Shown here: one piece after another, positions 25,898-33,586 of the stretch
Layout: each line of letters opens with the position of its first letter
How positions within the stretch are numbered: position 1 is the first letter of the stretch
Source: an uncultured Gemmatimonadota bacterium
GTDB taxonomy: Bacteria; SM23-81
Assembly: GCA_964584035.1 (NCBI GenBank)
Contig: CAZOYL010000014.1
Span: 1-33,586, forward strand
DNA length: 33,586 nt
Direction of reading: 5' to 3'
Translations under genes and position numbers: made by a program
Notes under the pieces: generated by a model
Seen by the model: the letters and a program-made list of their open reading frames with translations, nothing else
The model's database searches: none
Told to the model about the DNA's origin: nothing

Positions 25898-26341
25898 ACG
25901 CATCAGCCATCCCACAGACACGGGAACCGCCTGCTGCCGGTCGCGGCCGTCATCTCAACCGTCTGCCTGTTGCTCATCATGGCCCTGCTGCCGCTGCTTC
26001 GTGAGGAGATCTTCGTTCACCGCCGCACGGTGGCCGGTCCGGAGTTCATCGTCCTGATCGGATTTCTCGTCGTCGCCCTCTTTACCTTCTTCTCGACCCT
26101 GTGGCTGGCCGGCCGGTCTCTGCGAGGGCACCCCCGCCGGGCCGCGCCCCGTCTGGCGCTCTTCGCCGCCCTGTGCCTGATACTGATGTTGGTCGAGAAA
26201 GTCATGGTCGACGAGATCGGACGCGAGATGGGACCGGGCCGGGAGATGACCGGAGAGTGGCTGATCCTGTACAGCCTGCTGGTGATTCAGCTGGCCTATC
26301 ATCTTATCTTACTGCGCTCCCTGCGGCGAGGATCGGTTTAA
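25898..26341 (+). CDS. Hypothetical 4-TM membrane protein (start uncertain)
   Basis: Frame is open from 25889; GGAGG precedes ACG at 25898; hydrophobic helices with EKVMVDEIGRE. Confidence 0.55.
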   Translation, partial: THQPSHRHGNRLLPVAAVISTVCLLLIMALLPLLREEIFVHRRTVAGPEFIVLIGFLVVALFTFFSTLWLAGRSLRGHPRRAAPRLALFAALCLILMLVEKVMVDEIGREMGPGREMTGEWLILYSLLVIQLAYHLILLRSLRRGSV

Positions 26342-26360
26342 AAAACCGCTGGAGCCGCGC

Positions 26361-27458
26361 ATGTATTCACCCCACAAGGACACGGCTGAGATGCTCACAG
26401 AACGGCTGGGTTTCGATTCCTGGTTTCAGCAACGGCTCGATCCGGCGAAGCTGGCCGGCCGCGAGGTCGCCCGGGTAACGACCGTCAACAAAAACAACTA
26501 TCTGGTCAACGGTGGAGGGGGCGACATCGCAGCGGAGATCGCCGGGAAACTCCGTTTCGGTGCCGAATCACCGCTGGATCTCCCCGCTGTCGGCGACTGG
26601 GTTACCATGCAGCTTTTTAACGAGGGATCGCTGGCCATCATCGACGGCATCGTTCCCAGGCGATCGCTCCTGAAACGCAAGACGCCGGGCAAAAAGATCG
26701 AGTTTCAGCTCATTGCCGCCAACATCGACACGGCCCTGATCATGCAGTCGCTCGATGCCAACTACAACATCAGACGGCTGGAACGATATCTGGCGATGGC
26801 CCACGAGAGCCATATTCGTCCCGTGGCGCTGCTGAGCAAAAGCGATCTGCTCTCCGCAGAGAAGATCGGGCAGAAAAAGGCGGCCATTCAGGCCCTGATG
26901 CCGGAGATCGAGATCCTGGCCTTCAGCAACACCGACCGGTCCGGTCTGGAGACGGTCAGGGCGCTGTTCGTCCCGGGGAAAACATACTGCCTGCTGGGCT
27001 CATCCGGAGTCGGCAAGACCACCCTGCTGCACCACCTGATCGGCGAAGAACTCTATCGCACCCAGGAGGTCAGGGAGAAGGACGGCAAAGGCCGGCACAC
27101 CACCTCGCGGCGGCAGCTGATCATCCTGGAGAACGGCGCCATGATCATCGACACCCCGGGCATGCGCGAGCTGGGCAATATGGATATTTCCACCGGACTT
27201 GAGGACACCTTCCGGGAGATCGCAGAGCTGGCCCAACATTGTCACTACGGCGATTGCACTCACATGCAAGAGAAGGGCTGCGCCGTCCTGGCGGCCGTCA
27301 GCGACGGAACCATCTCCCCGGAACGGTACCGCAATTATATCAGGATGAAGAAGGAAGCCGCCCATTATGAGCGCTCCTATGTGGAGCGCAGACGCCGTGA
27401 CAAACAGTTCGGGAAATTCGTCAAATCGGCAATGAAGCAGATAAAGAAGAACCGCTAG
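26361..27458 (+). CDS. rsgA: Ribosome small subunit-dependent GTPase A
   Basis: AVGDWV, AANID, RLERYL, SKSDL, GSSGVGKT, GRHTT, DTPGMRE and C-x4-C-x-H-x5-C zinc site. Confidence 0.96.
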   Translation: MYSPHKDTAEMLTERLGFDSWFQQRLDPAKLAGREVARVTTVNKNNYLVNGGGGDIAAEIAGKLRFGAESPLDLPAVGDWVTMQLFNEGSLAIIDGIVPRRSLLKRKTPGKKIEFQLIAANIDTALIMQSLDANYNIRRLERYLAMAHESHIRPVALLSKSDLLSAEKIGQKKAAIQALMPEIEILAFSNTDRSGLETVRALFVPGKTYCLLGSSGVGKTTLLHHLIGEELYRTQEVREKDGKGRHTTSRRQLIILENGAMIIDTPGMRELGNMDISTGLEDTFREIAELAQHCHYGDCTHMQEKGCAVLAAVSDGTISPERYRNYIRMKKEAAHYERSYVERRRRDKQFGKFVKSAMKQIKKNR

Positions 27459-27491
27459 CGGCGGCCGGCCGGCGATAGATCATAGAAATAC

Positions 27492-27520
27492 TTGCGACAT
27501 CGCCGCGACTGTGGTATTAT
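27492..27520 (+). promoter_or_regulatory. sigma70-type promoter of the downstream operon
   Basis: TTGCGA, 17 bp, TG-G-TATTAT, within an AT-rich patch in GC-rich DNA. Confidence 0.6.
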
Positions 27521-27614
27521 ACTCTCCATGACATCCGTTGCCGCTGCTGGCCCGATCCGGGGCGCAGTCTGTTATCCGGCCGGCGCCTGATCCGCGTATC
27601 CTCTGGAGCCACCC

Positions 27615-28385
27615 ATGAGAACCGATCTGTTCCCTTTTCTGCTGGCCATTTTCCTGGCCGCCGGCAGTTTGACCTGTTCCCCCCTGAGCCGCCGGCCGGC
27701 GCCGCCGCCCGGCCAGTCGCCGCAGGCCCTGAACATCAGGACGGTCTCGGGAAACACGATCAGGATGAACTACCTGCTCTATCTTCCGCCGGGCTACCCG
27801 GGCCAGGAGCAAAGCTGGCCGCTGATCCTGTTCCTGCACGGCGCCGGGGAACGGGGGGACGATCTCGAGATGGTCAAGGTCCATGGGCCGCCGAAGCTGA
27901 TCGCATCGAAGGACAGACAGTTCCCCTTCGTGATCGTCTCGCCGCAGTGCCCGGCCGGGGGCTGGTGGTCCGATGACGACCAGATCGAGCGACTCGACGC
28001 CCTGCTGGAGGATATCGTGAGCCGCTATGAGATCGACCGGGACCGCCTTTACGTCACCGGCCTGAGCATGGGCGGTTTCGGCACCTGGCGACTGGCCACT
28101 CGATACCCCCATCGATTCGCGGCCATCGCGCCGATCTGCGGGGGCGGTGATCCCGACCAGGTCGAGCGGATCCGGCATCTGCCGGCCTGGGTCTTCCATG
28201 GCGCCGAGGATCCCGTCGTGCCGCTGGAGTCCTCGGAGCAGATGGTCGATGCCCTCAAGAGGGCCGGCGGTGCGGTCTCTTTCACGGTATATCCTCAGGC
28301 CGGGCACGATTCCTGGACCGAGACGTATGACAATCCGAAGCTGTACGAGTGGTTCCTGCAATACCGGCGGTCGGTGGATCAGTGA
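27615..28385 (+). CDS. Exported alpha/beta hydrolase (phospholipase/carboxylesterase, predicted peptidase family)
   Basis: FLHGAGERG, GLSMGG, FHGAED and GHDSW motifs; signal/lipoprotein-like N-terminus. Confidence 0.9.
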   Translation: MRTDLFPFLLAIFLAAGSLTCSPLSRRPAPPPGQSPQALNIRTVSGNTIRMNYLLYLPPGYPGQEQSWPLILFLHGAGERGDDLEMVKVHGPPKLIASKDRQFPFVIVSPQCPAGGWWSDDDQIERLDALLEDIVSRYEIDRDRLYVTGLSMGGFGTWRLATRYPHRFAAIAPICGGGDPDQVERIRHLPAWVFHGAEDPVVPLESSEQMVDALKRAGGAVSFTVYPQAGHDSWTETYDNPKLYEWFLQYRRSVDQ

Positions 28386-28437
28386 GGGGCAGCAGCCCCG
28401 CTCCCGATGGTCCGGTGCCGGCCCGATCCGGTCAGCC

Positions 28438-29769
28438 ATGATGGCCGCTACCCTCGCCGTCATCATGGCCGCCGTGCCGGCTGTCATGGGCGGCTGCGGG
28501 AGCGGCGGACGGGAGGAGCCGTCCGAGACCCAGCAGGGACCTGACGATCTCGACCGACTGCGGTCGCTGCCCTATGTGGGCGGCACATCCGCGGAAGCGG
28601 GCGATTCGGCCGGCGTGGTCCTCTACGACCGGGAGCGGACCTGCCCGGGATACCGGCTCTATACCGTGCCGATGCTGGCCCGGGCCGAGCTGATCGACGA
28701 GCGGGGAAGGGTCCTGCGGCGCTGGCAGGGCCGGGCCCATGACCGCTGGCAGCGAGCCGAGCTGCTGCCCGAGGGCGACCTGCTGGTCATCGGAGCCGAG
28801 GGCCAGGGTTGGAGGGACGGCGACCCGAACGGTCAGCCGGCCGGCTCTGATCCGGCCGGCGGCCCCATCCCCGACTCGACCCGCTATGTCATGCGCTGGG
28901 ACCGCAGCGGCCGATCCATCTGGAAACGCCGGCTGGTGGCGCATCACGATATCGAACGGTGGCCCGACGGCCGGCTGCTGACCCTGACCTGCCGGAACAG
29001 GGAGCGCTCCGACGGAGAAACGACCGTTCTGATCAGGGACGACTTTCTCACCCTTCTGGACGAGACGGGGGCGGTCCTGGAAACGAGATCGATGCTGGAG
29101 GCCGTCCTGAGCGCTCCAGACCTGTTCCCCCTGCAGCCGGTGGCTCCCCTGGAGCTGAACGGAGTCCCCTGGGTGGACCTGTTCCACTCCAACTCGGTCG
29201 AGCGGATGCGCCATGAGCACCTGTTTTCCAGGCACAGCATCTACGGCCCCGGCAAGATCCTGGTCTGCTTCCGGCATCAGGACCGGGTGGCCATATTCGA
29301 CTGGAAAGAGAACACGGTGGTCTGGTCCTGGGGATTGGACCAGATCAGCGGTCCCCATGATGCCCAGGTCCTGGAGAACGGCCATATCCTGCTCTTCGAT
29401 AACGGCCTCTCGCGCGGCTGGTCCCGGGCGATCGAGCTCGACCCGCTGACCAATAAGATCGTCTGGGAATACCGCGGCCGTCCGCCGGAGTCCTTCTTTA
29501 CGGTCGGCCGGGGCTCGGCGCAGCGCCTGCCCAACGGCAACACCCTGCTGGCGGAATCCGACCGGGGCCGCGCCCTGGAGGTCACCGCCGACGGCCGGAT
29601 CGTGTGGGAGTTCATCTGCCCCTATCTCAGCGACCGGGGCGAGCGGGCCGCCCTGGTGCGCATCATCTGGCATTCCCGTGACCGTCTCCGGCCCTGGCTG
29701 GAGGCACAGGGGTTGGAAACGACAGAAGGGCGACCAGGGGACGAGCCGATCGCCGCTTCGGGGAGTTGA
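28438..29769 (+). CDS. Arylsulfotransferase (ASST) family lipoprotein
   Basis: MGGC lipobox, LRSLPYV, AHHD, FHSNS, PHDA, LFDNG and QRLPNGNTL motifs; start is approximate. Confidence 0.85.
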   Translation: MMAATLAVIMAAVPAVMGGCGSGGREEPSETQQGPDDLDRLRSLPYVGGTSAEAGDSAGVVLYDRERTCPGYRLYTVPMLARAELIDERGRVLRRWQGRAHDRWQRAELLPEGDLLVIGAEGQGWRDGDPNGQPAGSDPAGGPIPDSTRYVMRWDRSGRSIWKRRLVAHHDIERWPDGRLLTLTCRNRERSDGETTVLIRDDFLTLLDETGAVLETRSMLEAVLSAPDLFPLQPVAPLELNGVPWVDLFHSNSVERMRHEHLFSRHSIYGPGKILVCFRHQDRVAIFDWKENTVVWSWGLDQISGPHDAQVLENGHILLFDNGLSRGWSRAIELDPLTNKIVWEYRGRPPESFFTVGRGSAQRLPNGNTLLAESDRGRALEVTADGRIVWEFICPYLSDRGERAALVRIIWHSRDRLRPWLEAQGLETTEGRPGDEPIAASGS

Positions 29770-29770
29770 G

Positions 29771-30883
29771 ATGAGCCTGTTGAACGGCCCGGTGGGCACA
29801 CACGTCACCACCGAAGGCCGGCGGTTCCTGTTCTTCGCCGGCAACAATTACCTCGGCCTGGCCAATCACCCGGCCGTGAAAGAGGCGGCCGCGGCCGCCA
29901 TCGAAGGGTATGGGGTGAGCAGTTCCGCCTCCCGGGAGACGACCGGCACCTGCGCCCTGCACCGGGAGCTGGAGCGGCTGCTGGCGGAGTTCAAGAACAG
30001 GCCCGATGCCGTCATCTTCTCCTCGGGATATCTGGGCAATACAATACTGCTTCACGCCCTCCGGGAACGGATCACGGCCGTCTTCGCCGACCGCCTGTCC
30101 CACCCCAGCGTTATAGACGGCATTCCCCGGGAGATCGCCGAGCTCGTTTTCTACGATCACCTCGACACCGATCACCTGGCCGGCCTGCTTCACGACAGGG
30201 CCGGGGCCAAACCGCTGATCATCACCGACGGCCTCTTCGCCCTGACCGGCGAGATCGCCCCCCTGGACCGGATCTACCGCTTGGCCGAAAAACACCGGGC
30301 CATCGTGGTGGTCGATGATGCCCACGCCACCGGCATCCTGGGCGATCATGGCCGCGGATCGCCGGAACACTTCGGTCTCGACGGCGCCGAGAACCTGTTT
30401 CAGACCGAGACGATGAGCAAGGCATTCGGCTCCTACGGCGGATTCATCTCCTCGACCGCGGACATCATCGCGACCATCAGGACGAGCTCGACCGCCTACA
30501 TCGGCTCGACCGCCCTGCCGCCGCCCATCGTCGCCGCCAGTCTGGCATCGCTGCAACGTGTTCAGCGGCATCCGGAGCTCCGCCTTAGGGCCCTAAAAAA
30601 CGCCCGATATATCAAGGACGGACTGCGCCGGATGGACCTGTCCACCGCTTTCGACGACACCCCGATCATTCCCGTCTATTTCGATACGCCCGAGGAGGCC
30701 GGGCGACTGTCCCGCTTTTTACACGATCAGGGCATCATCGCCCCGGCGGTGAGATATCCGGTGCCCATGGACCGATGCCTGGTCCGCCTGACGGTATCGG
30801 CCGACCATACCAGCGATGATATGGACACCCTGCTGCAGGCTCTCGAAAGATGGAGGAACCATCATGCCGGCGACCACGATTAA
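29771..30883 (+). CDS. Class II PLP aminotransferase, 8-amino-7-oxononanoate synthase (BioF/Kbl) family
   Basis: NNYLGLA, SSGY, TDG.F, VDDAHATG, MSKAFG (PLP Lys) and STALPP motifs. Confidence 0.9.
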   Translation: MSLLNGPVGTHVTTEGRRFLFFAGNNYLGLANHPAVKEAAAAAIEGYGVSSSASRETTGTCALHRELERLLAEFKNRPDAVIFSSGYLGNTILLHALRERITAVFADRLSHPSVIDGIPREIAELVFYDHLDTDHLAGLLHDRAGAKPLIITDGLFALTGEIAPLDRIYRLAEKHRAIVVVDDAHATGILGDHGRGSPEHFGLDGAENLFQTETMSKAFGSYGGFISSTADIIATIRTSSTAYIGSTALPPPIVAASLASLQRVQRHPELRLRALKNARYIKDGLRRMDLSTAFDDTPIIPVYFDTPEEAGRLSRFLHDQGIIAPAVRYPVPMDRCLVRLTVSADHTSDDMDTLLQALERWRNHHAGDHD

Positions 30884-31937
30884 AGAGGTCCTCATTGAAC
30901 CCCTGAATATCGAATTGGACGAACCCTTCACCATCGCCATCGGGAAAAAGGAGCGCATCGAGAACGCCGTCATCACCATCGTTTTGGAGAACGGCATCGA
31001 GGGATACGGCGAGGCCGCTCCGCTGGAGCCGATCAACGGTGAAAACCAGGCCACCGCCCTGGCGGTTCTGAACAGCTGCCGGGACTACTTGATCGGCCGC
31101 GACGCAGCCTCCTATCGATCCATCTCAGAGCAGCTGAGGTCCATCTTCTGGCCCCAGATCACGGCTCGCTGCGCCATCGAGATGGCCCTGCTGGACGCCT
31201 TCACCAGGACGCTGGACATTCCCCTGTATCGGTTCCTGGGCGGCATGGAGAACCGCATCGAGACCGACTATACCATCGATATCGTCTCTCCCGACAACGC
31301 CCGGGCAGATGCCGCCGCGCTGGCCGGTGAGGGCTACCGGATCTTAAAAATAAAGGTGGGGACCAATCCCGGGGAGGATATCGACCGGCTGTTAGCCATC
31401 CAGGACGGCGCCCCCGGCTGTCAGGTGACGGTGGATGCCAACCAGGGGTTCACGCCGTACGAGGCCGTTCAGTTCCTGGAACGGCTGGACAAACACGATA
31501 TTCGGCCCCTCCTGTTCGAGCAGCCGGTCGCCCGGCACGATCTGGCCGGCATGAAGTTCGTCAGAGATCACACCTCGGTGCCGGTGGCCGCCGACGAGAG
31601 CGTGTTCACCAGCGCCGACGCCGTGCAGGTGGTCCGCTCCGGCTGCGCCGACGTGATCAATATCAAGACGATGAAATCGGGCCTGATGGGAGCCCTGGAT
31701 ATCGCCGCCGTGGCCCGCAGTGCCCACATCGAGCTGATGATCGGCTGCATGCTGGAATCGACTCTGTCGAAAAGCGCCTCTGTGCATCTGGCGGCCGGAT
31801 TGGGCGGTTTCCGCTTCGTCGATCTGGATCCTCACCCTCACCCGGAGAGAGATCCTTACGGGGGAGGCCCCTCCTTCGCCGCCCCGGCTTACACGCTGAC
31901 GGACGAGCACCCCGGAATCGGCGTTTGGAAAAAATGA
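30864..31937 (+). CDS. Dipeptide (L-Ala-D/L-Glu) epimerase, enolase superfamily
   Basis: GYGEAAP, KIKVG, DANQG, EQP, ADES, NIK, GCMLE and DLD motifs. Confidence 0.92.
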   Translation: MPATTIKEVLIEPLNIELDEPFTIAIGKKERIENAVITIVLENGIEGYGEAAPLEPINGENQATALAVLNSCRDYLIGRDAASYRSISEQLRSIFWPQITARCAIEMALLDAFTRTLDIPLYRFLGGMENRIETDYTIDIVSPDNARADAAALAGEGYRILKIKVGTNPGEDIDRLLAIQDGAPGCQVTVDANQGFTPYEAVQFLERLDKHDIRPLLFEQPVARHDLAGMKFVRDHTSVPVAADESVFTSADAVQVVRSGCADVINIKTMKSGLMGALDIAAVARSAHIELMIGCMLESTLSKSASVHLAAGLGGFRFVDLDPHPHPERDPYGGGPSFAAPAYTLTDEHPGIGVWKK

Positions 31938-32452
31938 AGGGCCTCACCATGCGCGTCGCCGACATCGACTGGAAGACCTGGCAGCCGCAGCAGCGGGCCA
32001 CGTTGCTGTTCGTCATCCGCAACGGCCGGGTCCTGCTGATCCGCAAGAAGATGGGCCTGGGGGCCGGCAAGATCAACGGCCCCGGAGGGCGCATCGACGG
32101 CGGCGAGACGCCCCGTCAGGGCGCCATCCGGGAGATCGGAGAGGAACTCCTGGTCCGCCCTGTGGGCGTCCGCCGGAGCGGCCAATTGCGTTTTCAGTTC
32201 GTCGACGGCCTGTCGCTGCACGTCCACGTCTTCACGGCCACCGGCTGCCGGGGTGCGCCGCAGGAGACGGACGAGGCCGAGCCCCTGTGGTTTCCCGTCG
32301 ACCGACTGCCCTACGATCAGATGTGGGCCGACGACGCCCACTGGGTGCCCCTGATGCTGCAGGGGAAACGATTTCACGGACGCTTTATCTTCGACGGCGA
32401 CCGCCTGCTGGATTATCAGCTGCAGGTGGAACCGGAAGCAACCGCCGATTAG
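31934..32452 (+). CDS. NUDIX hydrolase, 8-oxo-dGTP diphosphatase (MTH1-like)
   Basis: LLIRKK.GLGAGKINGPGG...ETP..GAIRE.GEE and MWADD motifs. Confidence 0.9.
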   Translation: MKGLTMRVADIDWKTWQPQQRATLLFVIRNGRVLLIRKKMGLGAGKINGPGGRIDGGETPRQGAIREIGEELLVRPVGVRRSGQLRFQFVDGLSLHVHVFTATGCRGAPQETDEAEPLWFPVDRLPYDQMWADDAHWVPLMLQGKRFHGRFIFDGDRLLDYQLQVEPEATAD

Positions 32453-32460
32453 GAGCCAAT

Positions 32461-33586
32461 ATGCCCGAAAAGGAATTCTACCGCATAACGGCCCGCGAGG
32501 CTCTGGAGGCGTTGGGTTCCAACCGAAAGGGCCTCTCCCCGGAGGAAATGGACAAACGGCTCCGGCAGTACGGCCCCAATGAGATCACCACCGATGCCGC
32601 CCTGCCCAAATGGCTCCTTTTCCTGCTGCAGTTCAGGGACCTGCTGGTTCTGGTCCTCATCGCCGCGGGCATCATCTCCCTGGCCATCGGCAGCTATCGT
32701 AACGGGGCGGTCATGTTCGTCATCGTCATGATCAACGCCGTCATCGGCTTCACCCAGCAATACAAGGCCGGCAGGATTTTGGAGCGTCTCCGTGAGCTGA
32801 TCCGGTCGCAGGCCAAGGTCATGGTGGACGGCGAACTGCAGGAGATGCCCCAGTCGAGGCTGGTGCCCGGCAGCGTCGTACAGGTGGAGGAGGGCGACAA
32901 GCTGCCCGCCGATCTGCGTATCCTGGAGGCCTTCAACCTGCGCACCAACGAGTTCTCGCTGACCGGCGAGTCCACCTCGCAGGAGAAAAACAGCAACGCC
33001 ATCGGCCAGCAGCGCATCCTGGCCGAACGGGACAACATGGTCTACCTGGGCACCACCGTGGCCACCGGAAACGCTCTGGGCGTGGTGGTGCGCACCGGTA
33101 TGGACACCGAGATGGGCAAGATCGCCAACATGACCCAGAAGACCACGGCCGCCAAATCCCCTCTGCAGAAGGAGCTGGGCATTCTGGCCAAGCGGCTGAC
33201 CCTGATCGTGGCGGCGCTCAGCGCAGCCCTTTTCGCGGTGGCCCTGTGGCAGGGCTTCAGCTTCTTTACCAGCATGGTCTATGCCCTGGGCGTGGCGGTG
33301 GCGGCTGTGCCCCAGGCGCTGCCGGCCCAGGTCACGGTGGCCCTGTCGACGACCAGCAAGCGGCTGGCCGATCTCAAGGCGGTGGTCAAGAATCTGCCCT
33401 CGGTGGAGACCCTGGGCTCGACTACCGTCATCTGCACAGACAAGACCGGCACCCTGACCAAGAACGAGATGACGGTCACCCAGGTGTGGTTCAACGATAT
33501 CGAATATAATGTTACCGGCATCGGATACCAGCCCGAGGGCAACATCGTGGGACCCGATGAATCGCCGCTCACCCAGGAGCAGATCG
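32461..33586 (+). CDS. Cation-transporting P-type (P2-like) ATPase, 5' part (runs off the window)
   Basis: Open frame +1 from ATG 32461 (AGGAG RBS): YGPNE, PADLR, LTGES, TGMDTEMGKI, AVPQALP, ICTDKTGTLTKNEM; absent from the ORF track because there is no stop. Confidence 0.95.
   Translation, partial: MPEKEFYRITAREALEALGSNRKGLSPEEMDKRLRQYGPNEITTDAALPKWLLFLLQFRDLLVLVLIAAGIISLAIGSYRNGAVMFVIVMINAVIGFTQQYKAGRILERLRELIRSQAKVMVDGELQEMPQSRLVPGSVVQVEEGDKLPADLRILEAFNLRTNEFSLTGESTSQEKNSNAIGQQRILAERDNMVYLGTTVATGNALGVVVRTGMDTEMGKIANMTQKTTAAKSPLQKELGILAKRLTLIVAALSAALFAVALWQGFSFFTSMVYALGVAVAAVPQALPAQVTVALSTTSKRLADLKAVVKNLPSVETLGSTTVICTDKTGTLTKNEMTVTQVWFNDIEYNVTGIGYQPEGNIVGPDESPLTQEQI

Noticed and set aside
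27480..33572. Long minus-strand ORFs (e.g. 27480-28487, 28432-29847, 29663-30571)
   Set aside because: They are antisense shadows of well-supported + strand genes in GC-rich DNA and show no recognisable motifs.
1..33586. Integron integrase or transposase gene
   Set aside because: No ORF on either strand shows tyrosine-recombinase (R...HxxR...Y) or DDE motifs.

Overview
The left ~18-22 kb is an integron-type gene-cassette array on the + strand. No integrase gene lies in the window; from the array orientation it would be to the left, or this is a CALIN. Eight related ~96-100 bp attC-family repeats (six well preserved, two eroded) and several unrelated attC sites separate single- or multi-gene cassettes: a sugar amidotransferase-like gene, a 3-gene deacetylase/methyltransferase/carbamoyltransferase cassette, three toxin-antitoxin pairs with their own promoters, a nucleotidyltransferase, SpmA/B, a HExxH protein, YaiI, CGGC, VIT1, a CAAX protease, FkbM, a flavodoxin-like gene and a ZIP transporter. 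The array decays from left to right: attC sites become eroded, halved or collapsed, and genes become internally deleted pseudogenes (cysK, CPT-like, NTF2-like, GyrI-like fusion). Several cassettes carry matched non-canonical GTC/GAC core sites instead of GTT/AAC. A selenocysteine peroxiredoxin (prxU; in-frame TGA plus SECIS) is split in the ORF track. From ~27.5 kb the DNA is GC-rich, host-like and operonic (esterase, arylsulfotransferase, BioF-like enzyme, dipeptide epimerase, NUDIX, partial P-type ATPase). The first bases encode a T9SS-type C-terminal sorting tail, hinting at an FCB-superphylum host (inference). All family calls are from motif recognition by eye, not from database searches.
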